Positions 1 through 8,669 are shown, counted from the stretch's first letter. The stretch: DNA of 32,000 nucleotides from Paracoccus suum (GCF_003324675.1 NZ_CP030918.1:1170001-1202000), one strand, 5' to 3'. Notes: generated by a model from the sequence alone, not told the origin. Made by a program: numbers and translations.

Positions 1-74
1 GCATGTTCGGTTCGCCTCGGCGGCAGGGGGGCGAATCTGCTGCGGCGACCTGACCGCGCCGCGGGTGCTATGGG

Positions 75-98
75 GGGGCGCGGCCGAAGCCGCGCCCC
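75..98. terminator. GC hairpin just 3' of the phytase-like CDS (possible terminator or stabiliser)
   Basis: Perfect 10-bp inverted repeat GGGGCGCGGC (75-84) / GCCGCGCCCC (89-98) with a CGAA loop, 6 nt beyond the stop codon at 105-107. The + strand is followed by ATTATTT. The - strand has no U-tract, so terminator function is inferred only. Confidence 0.4.
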
Positions 99-104
99 GC
101 CAGA

Positions 105-2264
105 TTATTTCGGCAGATCGAAGGACCAGAGGAAGGTCTCGCCAGAACTGTCATCGACGCCGTCATTGTCAGTGACGACCCAGGCCTTGCCTTCCGGAGT
201 GATGGCCAGGCCCTCGACCTTGTCCACCACGTAGCCGCCCCAGGTCTTGAGATCCGGGATCAGGTCGCGCACCACCTCCTTGGTCACGACGGGCAACTCG
301 CCGCCGAGCGGCGCGGGCTTCAGATCGGCCAGGTTGACCCGCGTGACCTGCTTCAGTGCAGCGGCCTGACCGATCAGGTTGTCCCGCTCGATCAGGTACA
401 GCGCGCCGTCATGCGCCGTGACTTCGGACAGACCGACCCAACCCTCTCCGCTTTCCAGCGGATAACGGACGCCGGTCCATTCTTCCGTCGCCGGGTCGAG
501 GTGCAGCAGCTTGACCTGGCCCTTGGGGTCGTCCTTCCATTCCCGCTGAACGGCGAGCCACAGGCCGCCATCCACGACCGTCACGCCTTCGAAACCGAAC
601 CGGGTGGACTGGGCGTCGAGGTCTTTCGGCAGAGCGATTTCCTGCGTGATGGCGCCCTTGCCATCCACATGCAGCACGGCGTGCGCGACTTCCTTTTCGG
701 GGTTGCCTTCGCTGGCCAGCCAGAAGCCGCCCTGACCGTCGGCAGCAATGCCCTCGAGGTCCAGTTTTTCAGCCGGCTTGCCGTCACGGGTGACGACCGT
801 GGCGGCCGTGATCTTTGCGGGCATGGTGGTCGTATCGATTGTGTAGATAGACGGCGCAGCGCTGTAGAAGCTGTCACTGACCGCGTAGAGGATCGAGGAG
901 TTCGTAGGATCAACGGTCAGTCCCGACAACGCGCCCCAGCCAATCGTCTGACCTTCGGCGGTTTCGATAGTCGGGTAGATCGGCGCGGCGTCCTGACGCT
1001 CGTAGATCATGACATGGGCGCGGGCGGCGCCGTCTTCGCCGAGGTCGGTCTCGTTCGCGGTTGCAAACAGGTTGCGCTGAGGAACAGCGACGAGGCCCTC
1101 CGGTCCGATGCCCGAGGCCATGGCCTGCAGCAGTTTCGGCGCCGCGGGATCGGTCACGTCGAAGGCGAAGGTCACGCTGCCACGCTCGGACGCGACAAAG
1201 ATGGTCGGTGTGCCGTCATAGGTGGCGAAGATCACCGCCTCCGGCTCGCCGCCCTTCTTGCCCGACCGGCCCTCGGGGTAATGGCCGATTTTCATAAGTT
1301 CCCGCTCGAGCAGGTTGCCGCTGTCGTAGACGACGGTGCCGTCCTTTTTCCAGACGGTGAAGCCGCGGCTGCCGCCTTTCCAGTCGCCCTCGTTCGCAGT
1401 GACGAAGTGATCGTTGTCGATCCAAGCGACCGCGTCCGGTTCGCGCGGCACGCCGGTCAGGCTGCCGGTGGGGTCGATCTTGCCGTCTTTCTCGGTATCG
1501 ACGTCTTTCAGGTCAACGCTGCCCGCGCTGAAATGTCCGGCGACCGTGTTGTCAGTGCCGATCACGACGATGTGATTGTTTTCCTGCAGCGTGACGACCA
1601 GTTCACCGGCGGCGTTGTAGTCCAGATATTCCGGCTCCGGATCCACCGGAGCTACTTCGGCAAGGCCTGTCAACTCGATCTTGGTCATCGCAGCGCAGTC
1701 GGCCGAGCCGTCCTTCACGGGGATCACGACGACGTAACCGGCGGGCATCTGGGGCAGGGCGCCGTCATTCACCTCTTCATCGCGCTCGTTCTCGATCGCG
1801 ACGGCGATGCGGCTGCCATCCTTGTTGCGGGCGACCGAGTCTGGCTGGCCGCCGAGGTCGCAACTGGCGACGACCTTGCCGGCGGCGAGGTCGATCTGGC
1901 GAAGCGCGCCGGAGGGGGTGGCGAAACTTTCCGAGGTGTTCACGCCGGCGAAGGCGCTCTGGCCGATCACGACGGTGGTCGTCGGCTCGCCATCCATCGG
2001 GATGTTGCCCAAGGGTTTCGGCGCCTTGGGATCGGTAATGTCGATCTGGCCGAGGACGCCCAGGGGGCTGTCGGAATAGATCAGCCGATTGCCGTCCTCA
2101 GTCGCTACAATGATCTCGGCGCTCGTCTCGCGGGAGCGGTCCTCGCCCTCGGCCATGTTGTCGGCCGTGGCAAAGCTTGCGACGCGGTTGAAGACAGGTT
2201 CGGCCAAGGCGGGACAGGCCGCGCCGAGGGCGATGATCGAGGTCAGAATGATGCGGCTGGACAT
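105..2264 (-). CDS. Exported choice-of-anchor-I / phytase-like (esterase-like activity of phytase) domain protein, putative phosphoesterase
   Basis: ORF track 105..2381(-). I place the start at the internal ATG 2264 because CCAGGAGACCGC-ATG supplies an AGGAG Shine-Dalgarno. The product then begins MSSRIILTSIIALGAACPALA-EP, a typical Sec signal peptide. The N-terminal half (SAEIIVATEDGNRLIYSD..., PDSVARNKDGSRIAVAIENE) resembles choice-of-anchor-I beta-propeller proteins. The C-terminal half (GFEGVTV..., VEGLAITPEGKAWVVTDNDG) resembles the phytase-like domain family. Third codon positions are G/C-rich. Confidence 0.75.
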   Translation of the reverse strand: MSSRIILTSIIALGAACPALAEPVFNRVASFATADNMAEGEDRSRETSAEIIVATEDGNRLIYSDSPLGVLGQIDITDPKAPKPLGNIPMDGEPTTTVVIGQSAFAGVNTSESFATPSGALRQIDLAAGKVVASCDLGGQPDSVARNKDGSRIAVAIENERDEEVNDGALPQMPAGYVVVIPVKDGSADCAAMTKIELTGLAEVAPVDPEPEYLDYNAAGELVVTLQENNHIVVIGTDNTVAGHFSAGSVDLKDVDTEKDGKIDPTGSLTGVPREPDAVAWIDNDHFVTANEGDWKGGSRGFTVWKKDGTVVYDSGNLLERELMKIGHYPEGRSGKKGGEPEAVIFATYDGTPTIFVASERGSVTFAFDVTDPAAPKLLQAMASGIGPEGLVAVPQRNLFATANETDLGEDGAARAHVMIYERQDAAPIYPTIETAEGQTIGWGALSGLTVDPTNSSILYAVSDSFYSAAPSIYTIDTTTMPAKITAATVVTRDGKPAEKLDLEGIAADGQGGFWLASEGNPEKEVAHAVLHVDGKGAITQEIALPKDLDAQSTRFGFEGVTVVDGGLWLAVQREWKDDPKGQVKLLHLDPATEEWTGVRYPLESGEGWVGLSEVTAHDGALYLIERDNLIGQAAALKQVTRVNLADLKPAPLGGELPVVTKEVVRDLIPDLKTWGGYVVDKVEGLAITPEGKAWVVTDNDGVDDSSGETFLWSFDLPK

Positions 2265-2324
2265 GCGGTCTCCTGGATTGTCGTCGCGTACCGGCGCGGT
2301 ATTGACGCCTTCCATGTCGCGGGC

Positions 2325-2342
2325 GTGACAGTCCGATGACGA
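2325..2342 (-). promoter_or_regulatory. Pho-box-like direct repeat (candidate PhoB site)
   Basis: The minus strand reads TCGTCAT-CGGA-CTGTCAC. This has the 7-4-7 geometry of CTGTCAT-N4-CTGTCAY, with 5/7 and 7/7 matches, about 60-80 nt upstream of the ATG at 2264. It is a single site, the spacer is not AT-rich, and no clear -10 follows. Confidence 0.3.
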
Positions 2343-2402
2343 TTTAGCCCACGACCAGACTTCGCGAGAGCGCTCGTTCAACGCCAGCCGATGGCATGCT
2401 TT

Positions 2403-2957
2403 TCAGTTTTTGCTTAACGGCTCTTGGCGTGACGCGCCTTTTGACAGGTCGAGTGGGCGGTCTGTTTCCGGATTGGACAGAATAAGGGTGTAAGGCCGCA
2501 GCGGTTCACTCAGACGCAAGCGCCCGTCCGCCCCGACCCGGCCAGTCAAGGTAATCCGCGCAACGCCCTCGGCTACATCGAGTCCGTCGTCGCTGCGCAC
2601 TTCGACCTTGATGCAGTCGCCGGCATGGTAGCCTGCTGTGGTGACGATCAGGTTCAGGTCGGCAGCGTGGTTAACGGCATCGCCAACTGGCTGGTCGTCC
2701 GGTCCTTCCGTCCAGCGGATCGCCAGAACTTTGCCTTCAGGTCGATGCGTCACCCGGCAAGGAGGGCGCTGACTTTTGGTACTCGCTGTGACGGGCGCGG
2801 TGGACTGCAGTCCTACCTCGACAGCGTCTTTCCCGACCTTGGTCGCACCCGCCAACGCAATCGATGGAAATGTCCACAGTGGCACCGCGCAAAGTGCGAT
2901 TCTGAATGCCTGGAGAGGTATCACTGACGAGCCGCCATTGAGATCGGGTTCCGTCAA
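2403..2957 (-). CDS. Hypothetical small exported protein (orphan, coding status uncertain)
   Basis: 185-codon open frame in a patch of lower GC. The frame has no in-frame ATG. The track start at 2957 is TTG. An in-frame GTG at 2924 would give VIPLQAFRIALCAVPLWTFPSIALA-GA, which looks like a signal peptide. No convincing Shine-Dalgarno. Third-position G+C is visibly lower than in neighbouring genes. I recognise no family. Confidence 0.35.
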   Translation of the reverse strand: MTEPDLNGGSSVIPLQAFRIALCAVPLWTFPSIALAGATKVGKDAVEVGLQSTAPVTASTKSQRPPCRVTHRPEGKVLAIRWTEGPDDQPVGDAVNHAADLNLIVTTAGYHAGDCIKVEVRSDDGLDVAEGVARITLTGRVGADGRLRLSEPLRPYTLILSNPETDRPLDLSKGASRQEPLSKN

Positions 2958-2974
2958 GCTTGAGCCACATCATC

Positions 2975-3054
2975 CAAAATGCGCAAGGCAAGAAGGGCCC
3001 GGTGTGCCGGGGCCCTTCGGGGCCGAGGGCCGATCCCGAATTGCGATCCTCGGC
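2975..3054 (-). terminator. Tandem hairpins downstream of pta (probable end of the tau operon)
   Basis: First hairpin on the minus-strand transcript: GCCGAGG (3022-3028) / CCTCGGC (3048-3054). Second hairpin at 2992-3018: GAAGGGCCCCGG-CACA-CCGGGCCCTTC with one bulge, followed by CTTGCCTTGCGCATTTTGG. The U-tract is imperfect. Confidence 0.45.
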
Positions 3055-3145
3055 GACGACCCCACGAACGTTCAATGCACAGCGTCGTGCCAGCCCGCCA
3101 CTTGCCGCGCGTGGCTCGCAGTGGTTCCTTGCGGCAGAACCTTCC

Positions 3146-4114
3146 TCAACCCAAGGCCGCGGCCTGTGCACCCGTGACCGCAATCGCCGCGACGATGTCG
3201 TCCACGCTGGCGCCGCGGGACAGATCGTTGGCCGGGCGCGCCAGTCCCTGCAGCACCGGGCCGATCGCGGTGAAGCCGCCGAGGCGTTGAGCCATCTTGT
3301 AGCCGATGTTGCCGGCGCCGAGATCGGGGAAGATGAACACGTTCGGCTGGCCCGTCAGGGGGCTGCCCGGGGCCTTGCGCTGGCGGATTGCGGCATCGAT
3401 TGCGGCGTCGAATTGCAACTCGCCGTCGATCTGCAGATCCGGGGCGCGCTCGCGCACCGTGGCGACCGCCTCGCGCACGCGGGTGATGCTTTCATGCTCG
3501 GCGCTGCCGGCGGTCGAGAAGGACAGCATCGCAACACGCGGGTTCGCGCTCAGCAGTGCCCGGCATGACGCCGCGGCGGATAGCGCGATGTCTGCAAGCT
3601 CGGCCGCCGAAGGGGCGATCACCAGGCCGCAGTCGGCGAAGATGACCCCGCCCTCGATGGGCGAGGGGCGGGCTTCGGGCGGGATCATCAGGAAAAAGCT
3701 CGACACGATGCCGGCGCCCGGCGCGCGGCCGATGGCCTGCAACGCCGCGCGGACGGTGTCGGCGGTGGTCGCGACCGAGCCGCCGACGGTGCCGTCGGCC
3801 AGACCCAGACGCACGCGCATGGCCGCTTGGCGGATGGGATCGCGCATCTCGACCTCGGCCCGCTCTTCGGTCATGCCCTTGGCGCGGCGCATCTGTAGCC
3901 AGGCCTCGACCAGTGCGGGCAGGTCGGCTGCCGTCGCGCTGTCGATGCCGGCACAACCGGGGGCGGCGCCGTCCAACAGTGTAACCTGCGCCAGCCCCTC
4001 GCGCACGGCTATGGCCGCGGCCTCGGTCACGCGGGGATCGCCTCCCTCGGGCAGCACGATATGGGCGCGGCGGGCGCGAGCGGTGTCAAAGATGCGGTCC
4101 AGCGTGGCGGACAT
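3146..4114 (-). CDS. pta: Phosphate acetyltransferase (short PTA_PTB form)
   Basis: 322 aa, MSATLDRIFDTARARRAHIVLPEGGDPRVTEAA..., a typical phosphotransacetylase N-terminus, and a C-terminal ANDLSRGASVDDIV motif. The ATG at 4114 lies 3 nt after the tauZ stop (TGA-GCC-ATG). It sits downstream of xsc, as in known sulfoacetaldehyde pathways. Confidence 0.9.
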   Translation of the reverse strand: MSATLDRIFDTARARRAHIVLPEGGDPRVTEAAAIAVREGLAQVTLLDGAAPGCAGIDSATAADLPALVEAWLQMRRAKGMTEERAEVEMRDPIRQAAMRVRLGLADGTVGGSVATTADTVRAALQAIGRAPGAGIVSSFFLMIPPEARPSPIEGGVIFADCGLVIAPSAAELADIALSAAASCRALLSANPRVAMLSFSTAGSAEHESITRVREAVATVRERAPDLQIDGELQFDAAIDAAIRQRKAPGSPLTGQPNVFIFPDLGAGNIGYKMAQRLGGFTAIGPVLQGLARPANDLSRGASVDDIVAAIAVTGAQAAALG

Positions 4115-4117
4115 GGC

Positions 4118-5143
4118 TCAGCCTCCAATCATGTGCAGGCCGAGGATGACCCAGGCACCGAGGAACACGGTTTCGGCGACCAGCAGGGCGATGGCGCCGG
4201 GCCCGACCTCGAGCATCTTGCCGAGCGACGTCTTGATGCCGACCGCGGCGATGGCAATCAGCAGGCACCAGGTGGACACCTTGCCCGCGGCGGCGGCAAC
4301 CGCCGGCGGGATCAGGCCCATCGAGTTGACGGCCGCAAGCACCAGAAAGCCTATGACAAAGCCGGGTAGCAACGGCGGCGCCTTGCCGCCATCGTTGTCG
4401 GCCAGGCCGCGCGAGCGGATGATGATCGAGAACGCGAGAACGACCGGGGCCAGCATCGACACCCGGATCAGCTTGACCAGGGTCGCGGTCTCGCCCGCCT
4501 CCGGTCCGATCGAGAAGCCTGCGCCGACGACCTGGGCGACATCGTGGATGGTGCCGCCCAAAAAGACGCCGGCGGTGCGCTGGTCAAAGCCGAGCCAGCC
4601 GGACAGCATCGGGTAGACCACCATGCAGACAGTCGACAGCACGGTCACCGACAGCACGGTAAAGACAAGGTCGCGCTCGGACCGCTCATGCCGGGGCAGC
4701 ACGGCGGAAATCGCCATTGCCGCCGAGGCACCGCAGATCGCAACGGAGCCGCCGGTCAGCAGCGCAAAGCGCCACTTGCGACCCACGAAGCGTGCGACCA
4801 GCAGCGCAAAGAGGATCGTGGCGACGACCCCGGCGATCACCAGCAGGATCAGCGACCAGCCGAGCTGCGCCAGCATCTCGACCGAGATGCGCGCGCCCAG
4901 CAGCGCCACCCCGAGGCGCAGCACGCTGCGCGCGGTCAGCCCAATTCCGGGGGCGGTTCGGGTGCCTTCCTCTGAAAGGAAGTTCAGCGCGAGGCCCAGC
5001 AGCAGAGCCAGCAGCATCGCCGGGGCGCCGTAATGCTCGGACAGGAATTTCGCGGTAATGGCGACGAGGCTGGCGACGGCGAAGCCGGGAAAGGCGCCCC
5101 GCAGCATCGGCAGGCTGGGTAGGCTGGGCAGAGTGAGGGCCAC
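4118..5143 (-). CDS. tauZ: YeiH/TauZ-family membrane protein (putative sulfate/sulfite exporter)
   Basis: Multi-pass hydrophobic protein (FAVASLVAITAKFLSEHYGAPAMLLALLLGLALNF...GGTIHDVAQVVGAG...) located between xsc and pta. The track ORF extends to 5419, but that extension is Pro/Arg-rich junk. I prefer the GTG at 5143, which has AAAGGA 7 nt upstream. The ATG at 5107 is the alternative and has no SD. Confidence 0.8.
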   Translation of the reverse strand: MALTLPSLPSLPMLRGAFPGFAVASLVAITAKFLSEHYGAPAMLLALLLGLALNFLSEEGTRTAPGIGLTARSVLRLGVALLGARISVEMLAQLGWSLILLVIAGVVATILFALLVARFVGRKWRFALLTGGSVAICGASAAMAISAVLPRHERSERDLVFTVLSVTVLSTVCMVVYPMLSGWLGFDQRTAGVFLGGTIHDVAQVVGAGFSIGPEAGETATLVKLIRVSMLAPVVLAFSIIIRSRGLADNDGGKAPPLLPGFVIGFLVLAAVNSMGLIPPAVAAAAGKVSTWCLLIAIAAVGIKTSLGKMLEVGPGAIALLVAETVFLGAWVILGLHMIGG

Positions 5144-5220
5144 CGGACGGTCCTTTCGTGGCAGGGGGCCGCGATCGGCGCGGCGGGTGCGGTTGTCCCA
5201 GGTGGCGGCCAGGACAGGGC

Positions 5221-5265
5221 GCCGTCCCCGCCCGCCGCTGGGGGGAGCAGACGGGCGGGGACGGC
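5221..5265 (-). repeat. 14-bp perfect GC inverted repeat (strong RNA hairpin) in the xsc-tauZ spacer
   Basis: GCCGTCCCCGCCCG (5221-5234) and CGGGCGGGGACGGC (5252-5265) are exact reverse complements separated by 17 nt. The element lies in a 339-bp non-coding gap inside the operon. No U-tract follows on the sense (minus) strand. Confidence 0.65.
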
Positions 5266-5482
5266 AGTCACCCGGCACATGCAGGAGAGGCGGGCCGGGT
5301 GTGGTGCGCCGCCGACGTGGCCGGGCAGGGGGTGTGACCGGCCGGGACGGAGCAAGAGTAGGGCCGGGAAGGGCTCCGCAGGGATGCCGTCGCAGGTGTC
5401 GCGCCGGCAGTCTTGGCACGGCCTGGCAGGCCGGCTGGCACGCGCGGAGGATCGAGCGTGCCGACTTGCTATGCGGCCTGGA

Positions 5483-7264
5483 TCAGGCGGCGCCCTTCTG
5501 CGGACGCATGTCGCTTGCGTCGATGCCGGCCACGACCACCGGCTTTTTCATGGCGTCGCGGCGGAAGGGCTCGCCCAGTTCCTGGTTCAGCAGCACCTCG
5601 ATGAACGTGGTCTTTTTCTCGTTCATCTGGCGATCGACCGCCTTGCGCAGTTCCTCGGTCAGTTCCTGTGTGCTGCGGACCTGCACGCCCTCGACGCCGC
5701 AGGCCTTGGCGATGCCGGCGTAGGTGGTGTCGCGGTCAAGCTCGGTGCCGACGAAGTTGTTGTCGTACCACAGCGTCGTGTTGCGCTTTTCCGCACCCCA
5801 CTGGTAGTTGCGGAAGATCACCATGGTGATCGCCGGCCAGTCGTCGCGGCCGCAGGCCGTCATCTCGTTCATCGAGATGCCGAACGCGCCGTCGCCGGCA
5901 AAGCCGATGACCGGGGTGTCCGGGTTGCCGATCTTGGCGCCCAGGATCGAAGGGAAGCCGTAGCCGCAGGGACCGAACAGGCCCGGCGCGAGGTATTTCC
6001 GGCCCGTCTCGAAGGTCGGGTAGGCGTTGCCGATGGCGCAGTTGTTGCCGATGTCGGACGAGATGATCGCCTCGGCCGGAACGGCGGCCTGGATGGCACG
6101 CCACGCTTGACGAGGCGACATCAGTTCGCTGTCACGCTTGCGCGCTTCCTCGTTCCATTGGGTGCCGGGATCGTCCTGCTCGTGATCGAGGCTCGACAGT
6201 TCCTGCGCCCAGCGCGACTTGGTCTGCGCGATCCGCTCCTTGCGCTCCTTGCGACCCTCGTCGCCGGCGGTGCCGGACAGCTGTGCGAGGATGCTGCGCG
6301 CCACCTTCGCGGCATCGCCCTGGATGCCGACCGTGACCTTCTTGGTCAGGCCGATGCGGTCCGGGTTGATGTCAACCTGAATGATCTTCGCATCCTTGGG
6401 CCAGTAGTCGATGCCATAACCCGGCAGGGTCGAGAACGGGTTGAGGCGCGTGCCCAGCGCAAGCACGACGTCGGCGTCGCGGATTAGCTCCATCGCGGCC
6501 TTGCTGCCGTTATAGCCCAGGGGGCCGACGGCCAGCGGGTGGCTGCCGGGGAAGCTGTCGTTGTGCTGGTAGTTGCTGGCGACCGGGGCATCCAGACGCT
6601 CGGCCAGCTTGGCAAGGTCCGGGATCGCGCCCGACAGCACCACGCCGGCGCCCGACAGGATGACCGGGTTCTTGGCCTCGGACAGCAGCTTCGCGGCCTC
6701 GCGAACAGCCTCCTCGCCGCCTGCCGGACGCTCGAACGCGACGACTTGGGGCAGTTCGACGTCGATGACCTGGGTCCAGAAGTCGCGCGGGATGTTGATC
6801 TGCGCCGGGGCGCTGTTGCGCCAGGCCTGCATGATCACCCGGTTCAGCACCTCGGGGATGCGCGAGGCGTCACGCACCTCTTCCTGATAGCAGACCGAGT
6901 CCGCGAACAGGCGCATCTGCTCCATTTCCTGGAAGCCGCCCTGGCCGATAGTGCGGTTGGCGGCCTGCGGGGTCACCAGCAGCAGCGGCGTGTGGTTCCA
7001 GTAGGCGGTCTTGATCGGGGTGACAAAGCCGGTCACGCCCGGGCCATTCTGGGCAATCGCCATCGACATCTTGCCGGTCGAGCGGGTGAAGCCGTCCGCC
7101 ATCAGGCCGGCGTTCGTCTCGTGCGCGCAGTCCCAGAAGGTGATGCCCGCCTTGGGGAACAGGTCGGATACCGGCATCATCGCGCTGCCGATGATCCCGA
7201 AGGCATGTTCGATGCCGTGCATCTGGAGGACTTTGACGAAAGCCTCCTCGGTGGTCATTTTCAT
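5483..7264 (-). CDS. xsc: Sulfoacetaldehyde acetyltransferase (ThDP-dependent)
   Basis: 593 aa from ATG 7264, preceded by TAA-GGAG-CGCGCC-ATG. It starts MKMTTEEAFVKVLQMHGIEHAFGIIGSAMMP and has the ThDP motif GDGAFGISMNE. This is acetolactate-synthase-like architecture in a tauXY / tauZ-pta context. Confidence 0.92.
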   Translation of the reverse strand: MKMTTEEAFVKVLQMHGIEHAFGIIGSAMMPVSDLFPKAGITFWDCAHETNAGLMADGFTRSTGKMSMAIAQNGPGVTGFVTPIKTAYWNHTPLLLVTPQAANRTIGQGGFQEMEQMRLFADSVCYQEEVRDASRIPEVLNRVIMQAWRNSAPAQINIPRDFWTQVIDVELPQVVAFERPAGGEEAVREAAKLLSEAKNPVILSGAGVVLSGAIPDLAKLAERLDAPVASNYQHNDSFPGSHPLAVGPLGYNGSKAAMELIRDADVVLALGTRLNPFSTLPGYGIDYWPKDAKIIQVDINPDRIGLTKKVTVGIQGDAAKVARSILAQLSGTAGDEGRKERKERIAQTKSRWAQELSSLDHEQDDPGTQWNEEARKRDSELMSPRQAWRAIQAAVPAEAIISSDIGNNCAIGNAYPTFETGRKYLAPGLFGPCGYGFPSILGAKIGNPDTPVIGFAGDGAFGISMNEMTACGRDDWPAITMVIFRNYQWGAEKRNTTLWYDNNFVGTELDRDTTYAGIAKACGVEGVQVRSTQELTEELRKAVDRQMNEKKTTFIEVLLNQELGEPFRRDAMKKPVVVAGIDASDMRPQKGAA

Positions 7265-7274
7265 GGCGCGCTCC

Positions 7275-8669
7275 TTATTTCTGACGCTCGTCGCGATAGT
7301 GATAGAGTTGGTAGAGGCCCCATTGCCCCAGACGCCTGAACGGCGTCTTCCAGCCCTCATGTTTCAATTCTGTCCCGAAGATCGGTAGATCGGGGACGGG
7401 TTGCCCGGCAATCAACTGCGCCATGCGCCGGCCAGCCATGGCCGAATACATCACCCCGTTGCCGCCGTAGCCGAGCGCGTAGAACGCGCCGGGCAGATCC
7501 TTCAGCCCGGTGATGCGTGGCATCATGTCATGGCTGACGTCCACCCAGCCCCACCAGCTGTAATCCAGTTCGATCCCGCGCAGGGCAGGGAACTTGCGGG
7601 CCATGCCCTCGCGCAGTGCGGCGAGATGTGCCGGGTTGGCTGCATCGCGGCCGGTGATGGCCGCACGGCTGCCGATCTGCAAGCGGTTGTCAGGCAACAT
7701 CCGGTAGTAGTGGCGCAACGTGCGCGTATCGGTCAGCGGCGAGCCGACCTGGGCGCCGACCGCGGCCAGCTCCTCGGCCGTCAGGACCCGGGTGACGACG
7801 CTGTTCGACATGATCGGCAGCAGCCGGTCGCGCAGCTTCGCGTGCAGGCTGCGCGGGGCGTAGCCGGCGGTAGCGACCGCAACCCGCTTGGCCCGGACGG
7901 TGCCGCCGGGCGTGCGCAGGTGATGCACGCCGTTCCTGTAGTCCCAGGAGACGACCGGGCTGTCGACGTGCACCTTGGCGCCATGCTCGCGCGCGACGCG
8001 GCAATAGCCGAAGGCCAGCTTGGCGGCATGGATGCCGACGCCATCAGGCTCGTACATCGCGCCTTGGGCTTCCTGGTCGCGGACGACCTGCTCGTGGACC
8101 TCGCCGCGGCTCATCATGCGCGCGCCATATCCGAACTTGTCGCGCAGGACCTCGGCCTCTTTGGCGAGGCCGGGCATCACCGAGGCCTTGTGCGCCAAGT
8201 AGAAATGGCCGCCGTCCTGCGGATCGCAGTCGATAGCGTGGTCGCGGATCTGACCGCGCCAGTATTCGAACCCCTCCAGCATCTCGCCATGCAGGCGCCG
8301 GGCGACGTCGAGGCCCCAGCGCTCGATCCACTGGCTGCGCTTCAGTCGCCCGGCCGAGAATTGGGCCTGGCCGCCGTTGCGGGTCGAGCAACCATAGGCC
8401 GTGCCATGCGCCTCGAGGACGACTACCTCGGTCCCGAGGTCGCGGGCCAAGGCGATTGCGCAGTTGAGGCCGGTGTAGCCCGATCCGATGACCGCCACTT
8501 CGACATCCATGTCGCCGGTGACGGGACCATCATCCTCGGGCGGGGGGCCGGCCGTGCCGATCCAGTAGGTCGGGGCATAGTCGCTGCCGTGGCCGGTCCC
8601 CTTGGCCGTCATCGGATCGTATAGCGGATCGTATTTCACCGAGCCGCGGGGTTTATGCGCCTGCATCAT
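7275..8669 (-). CDS. tauY: FAD-dependent oxidoreductase (DAO family), taurine dehydrogenase large subunit
   Basis: 464 aa from ATG 8669 (MMQAHKPRGS...). The tauX stop and this start are arranged TGA-GGGT-ATG, and the GAGGG acts as SD. Dinucleotide-binding motif VAVIGSGYTGLNCA. The track extension to 8870 overlaps tauX and is Arg/Pro/Ser-rich. Confidence 0.85.
   Translation of the reverse strand: MMQAHKPRGSVKYDPLYDPMTAKGTGHGSDYAPTYWIGTAGPPPEDDGPVTGDMDVEVAVIGSGYTGLNCAIALARDLGTEVVVLEAHGTAYGCSTRNGGQAQFSAGRLKRSQWIERWGLDVARRLHGEMLEGFEYWRGQIRDHAIDCDPQDGGHFYLAHKASVMPGLAKEAEVLRDKFGYGARMMSRGEVHEQVVRDQEAQGAMYEPDGVGIHAAKLAFGYCRVAREHGAKVHVDSPVVSWDYRNGVHHLRTPGGTVRAKRVAVATAGYAPRSLHAKLRDRLLPIMSNSVVTRVLTAEELAAVGAQVGSPLTDTRTLRHYYRMLPDNRLQIGSRAAITGRDAANPAHLAALREGMARKFPALRGIELDYSWWGWVDVSHDMMPRITGLKDLPGAFYALGYGGNGVMYSAMAGRRMAQLIAGQPVPDLPIFGTELKHEGWKTPFRRLGQWGLYQLYHYRDERQK

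Noticed and set aside
1-53. Possible 3' end of a + strand gene (frame ending TGA at 51-53) that would use the hairpin at 75-98 as its terminator.
   Set aside because: Only about 17 codons are visible, which is no evidence of coding beyond an open frame.
411-2339. Very long ORFs antisense to, or out of frame with, confidently assigned genes. Examples: 411..2339(+), 3306..4616(+), 5279..6487(+), 7401..8624(+), 12090..13163(-), 15618..17486(-), 17227..18657(-), 20904..22526(-), 25214..26353(-), 27336..29393(-), 29854..31035(-).
   Set aside because: Stop codons are rare in all frames of GC-rich DNA. These translations are Arg/Ala/Gly/Pro-rich low-complexity strings with no recognisable motifs. 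Each lies opposite a gene with clear family signatures and G/C-biased third positions.
5144-5419. N-terminal extensions of track ORFs: tauZ to 5419, tauY to 8870, xsc to 7360, the phytase-like gene to 2381, the deacetylase gene from 25178, ispA from 26367, the SDR gene to 31943, gltB from 19599, and the GFA gene from 19186.
   Set aside because: The extensions are Arg/Pro-rich, overlap upstream genes or intergenic DNA, and lack an SD. Internal ATG or GTG codons with an SD give N-termini typical of each family.
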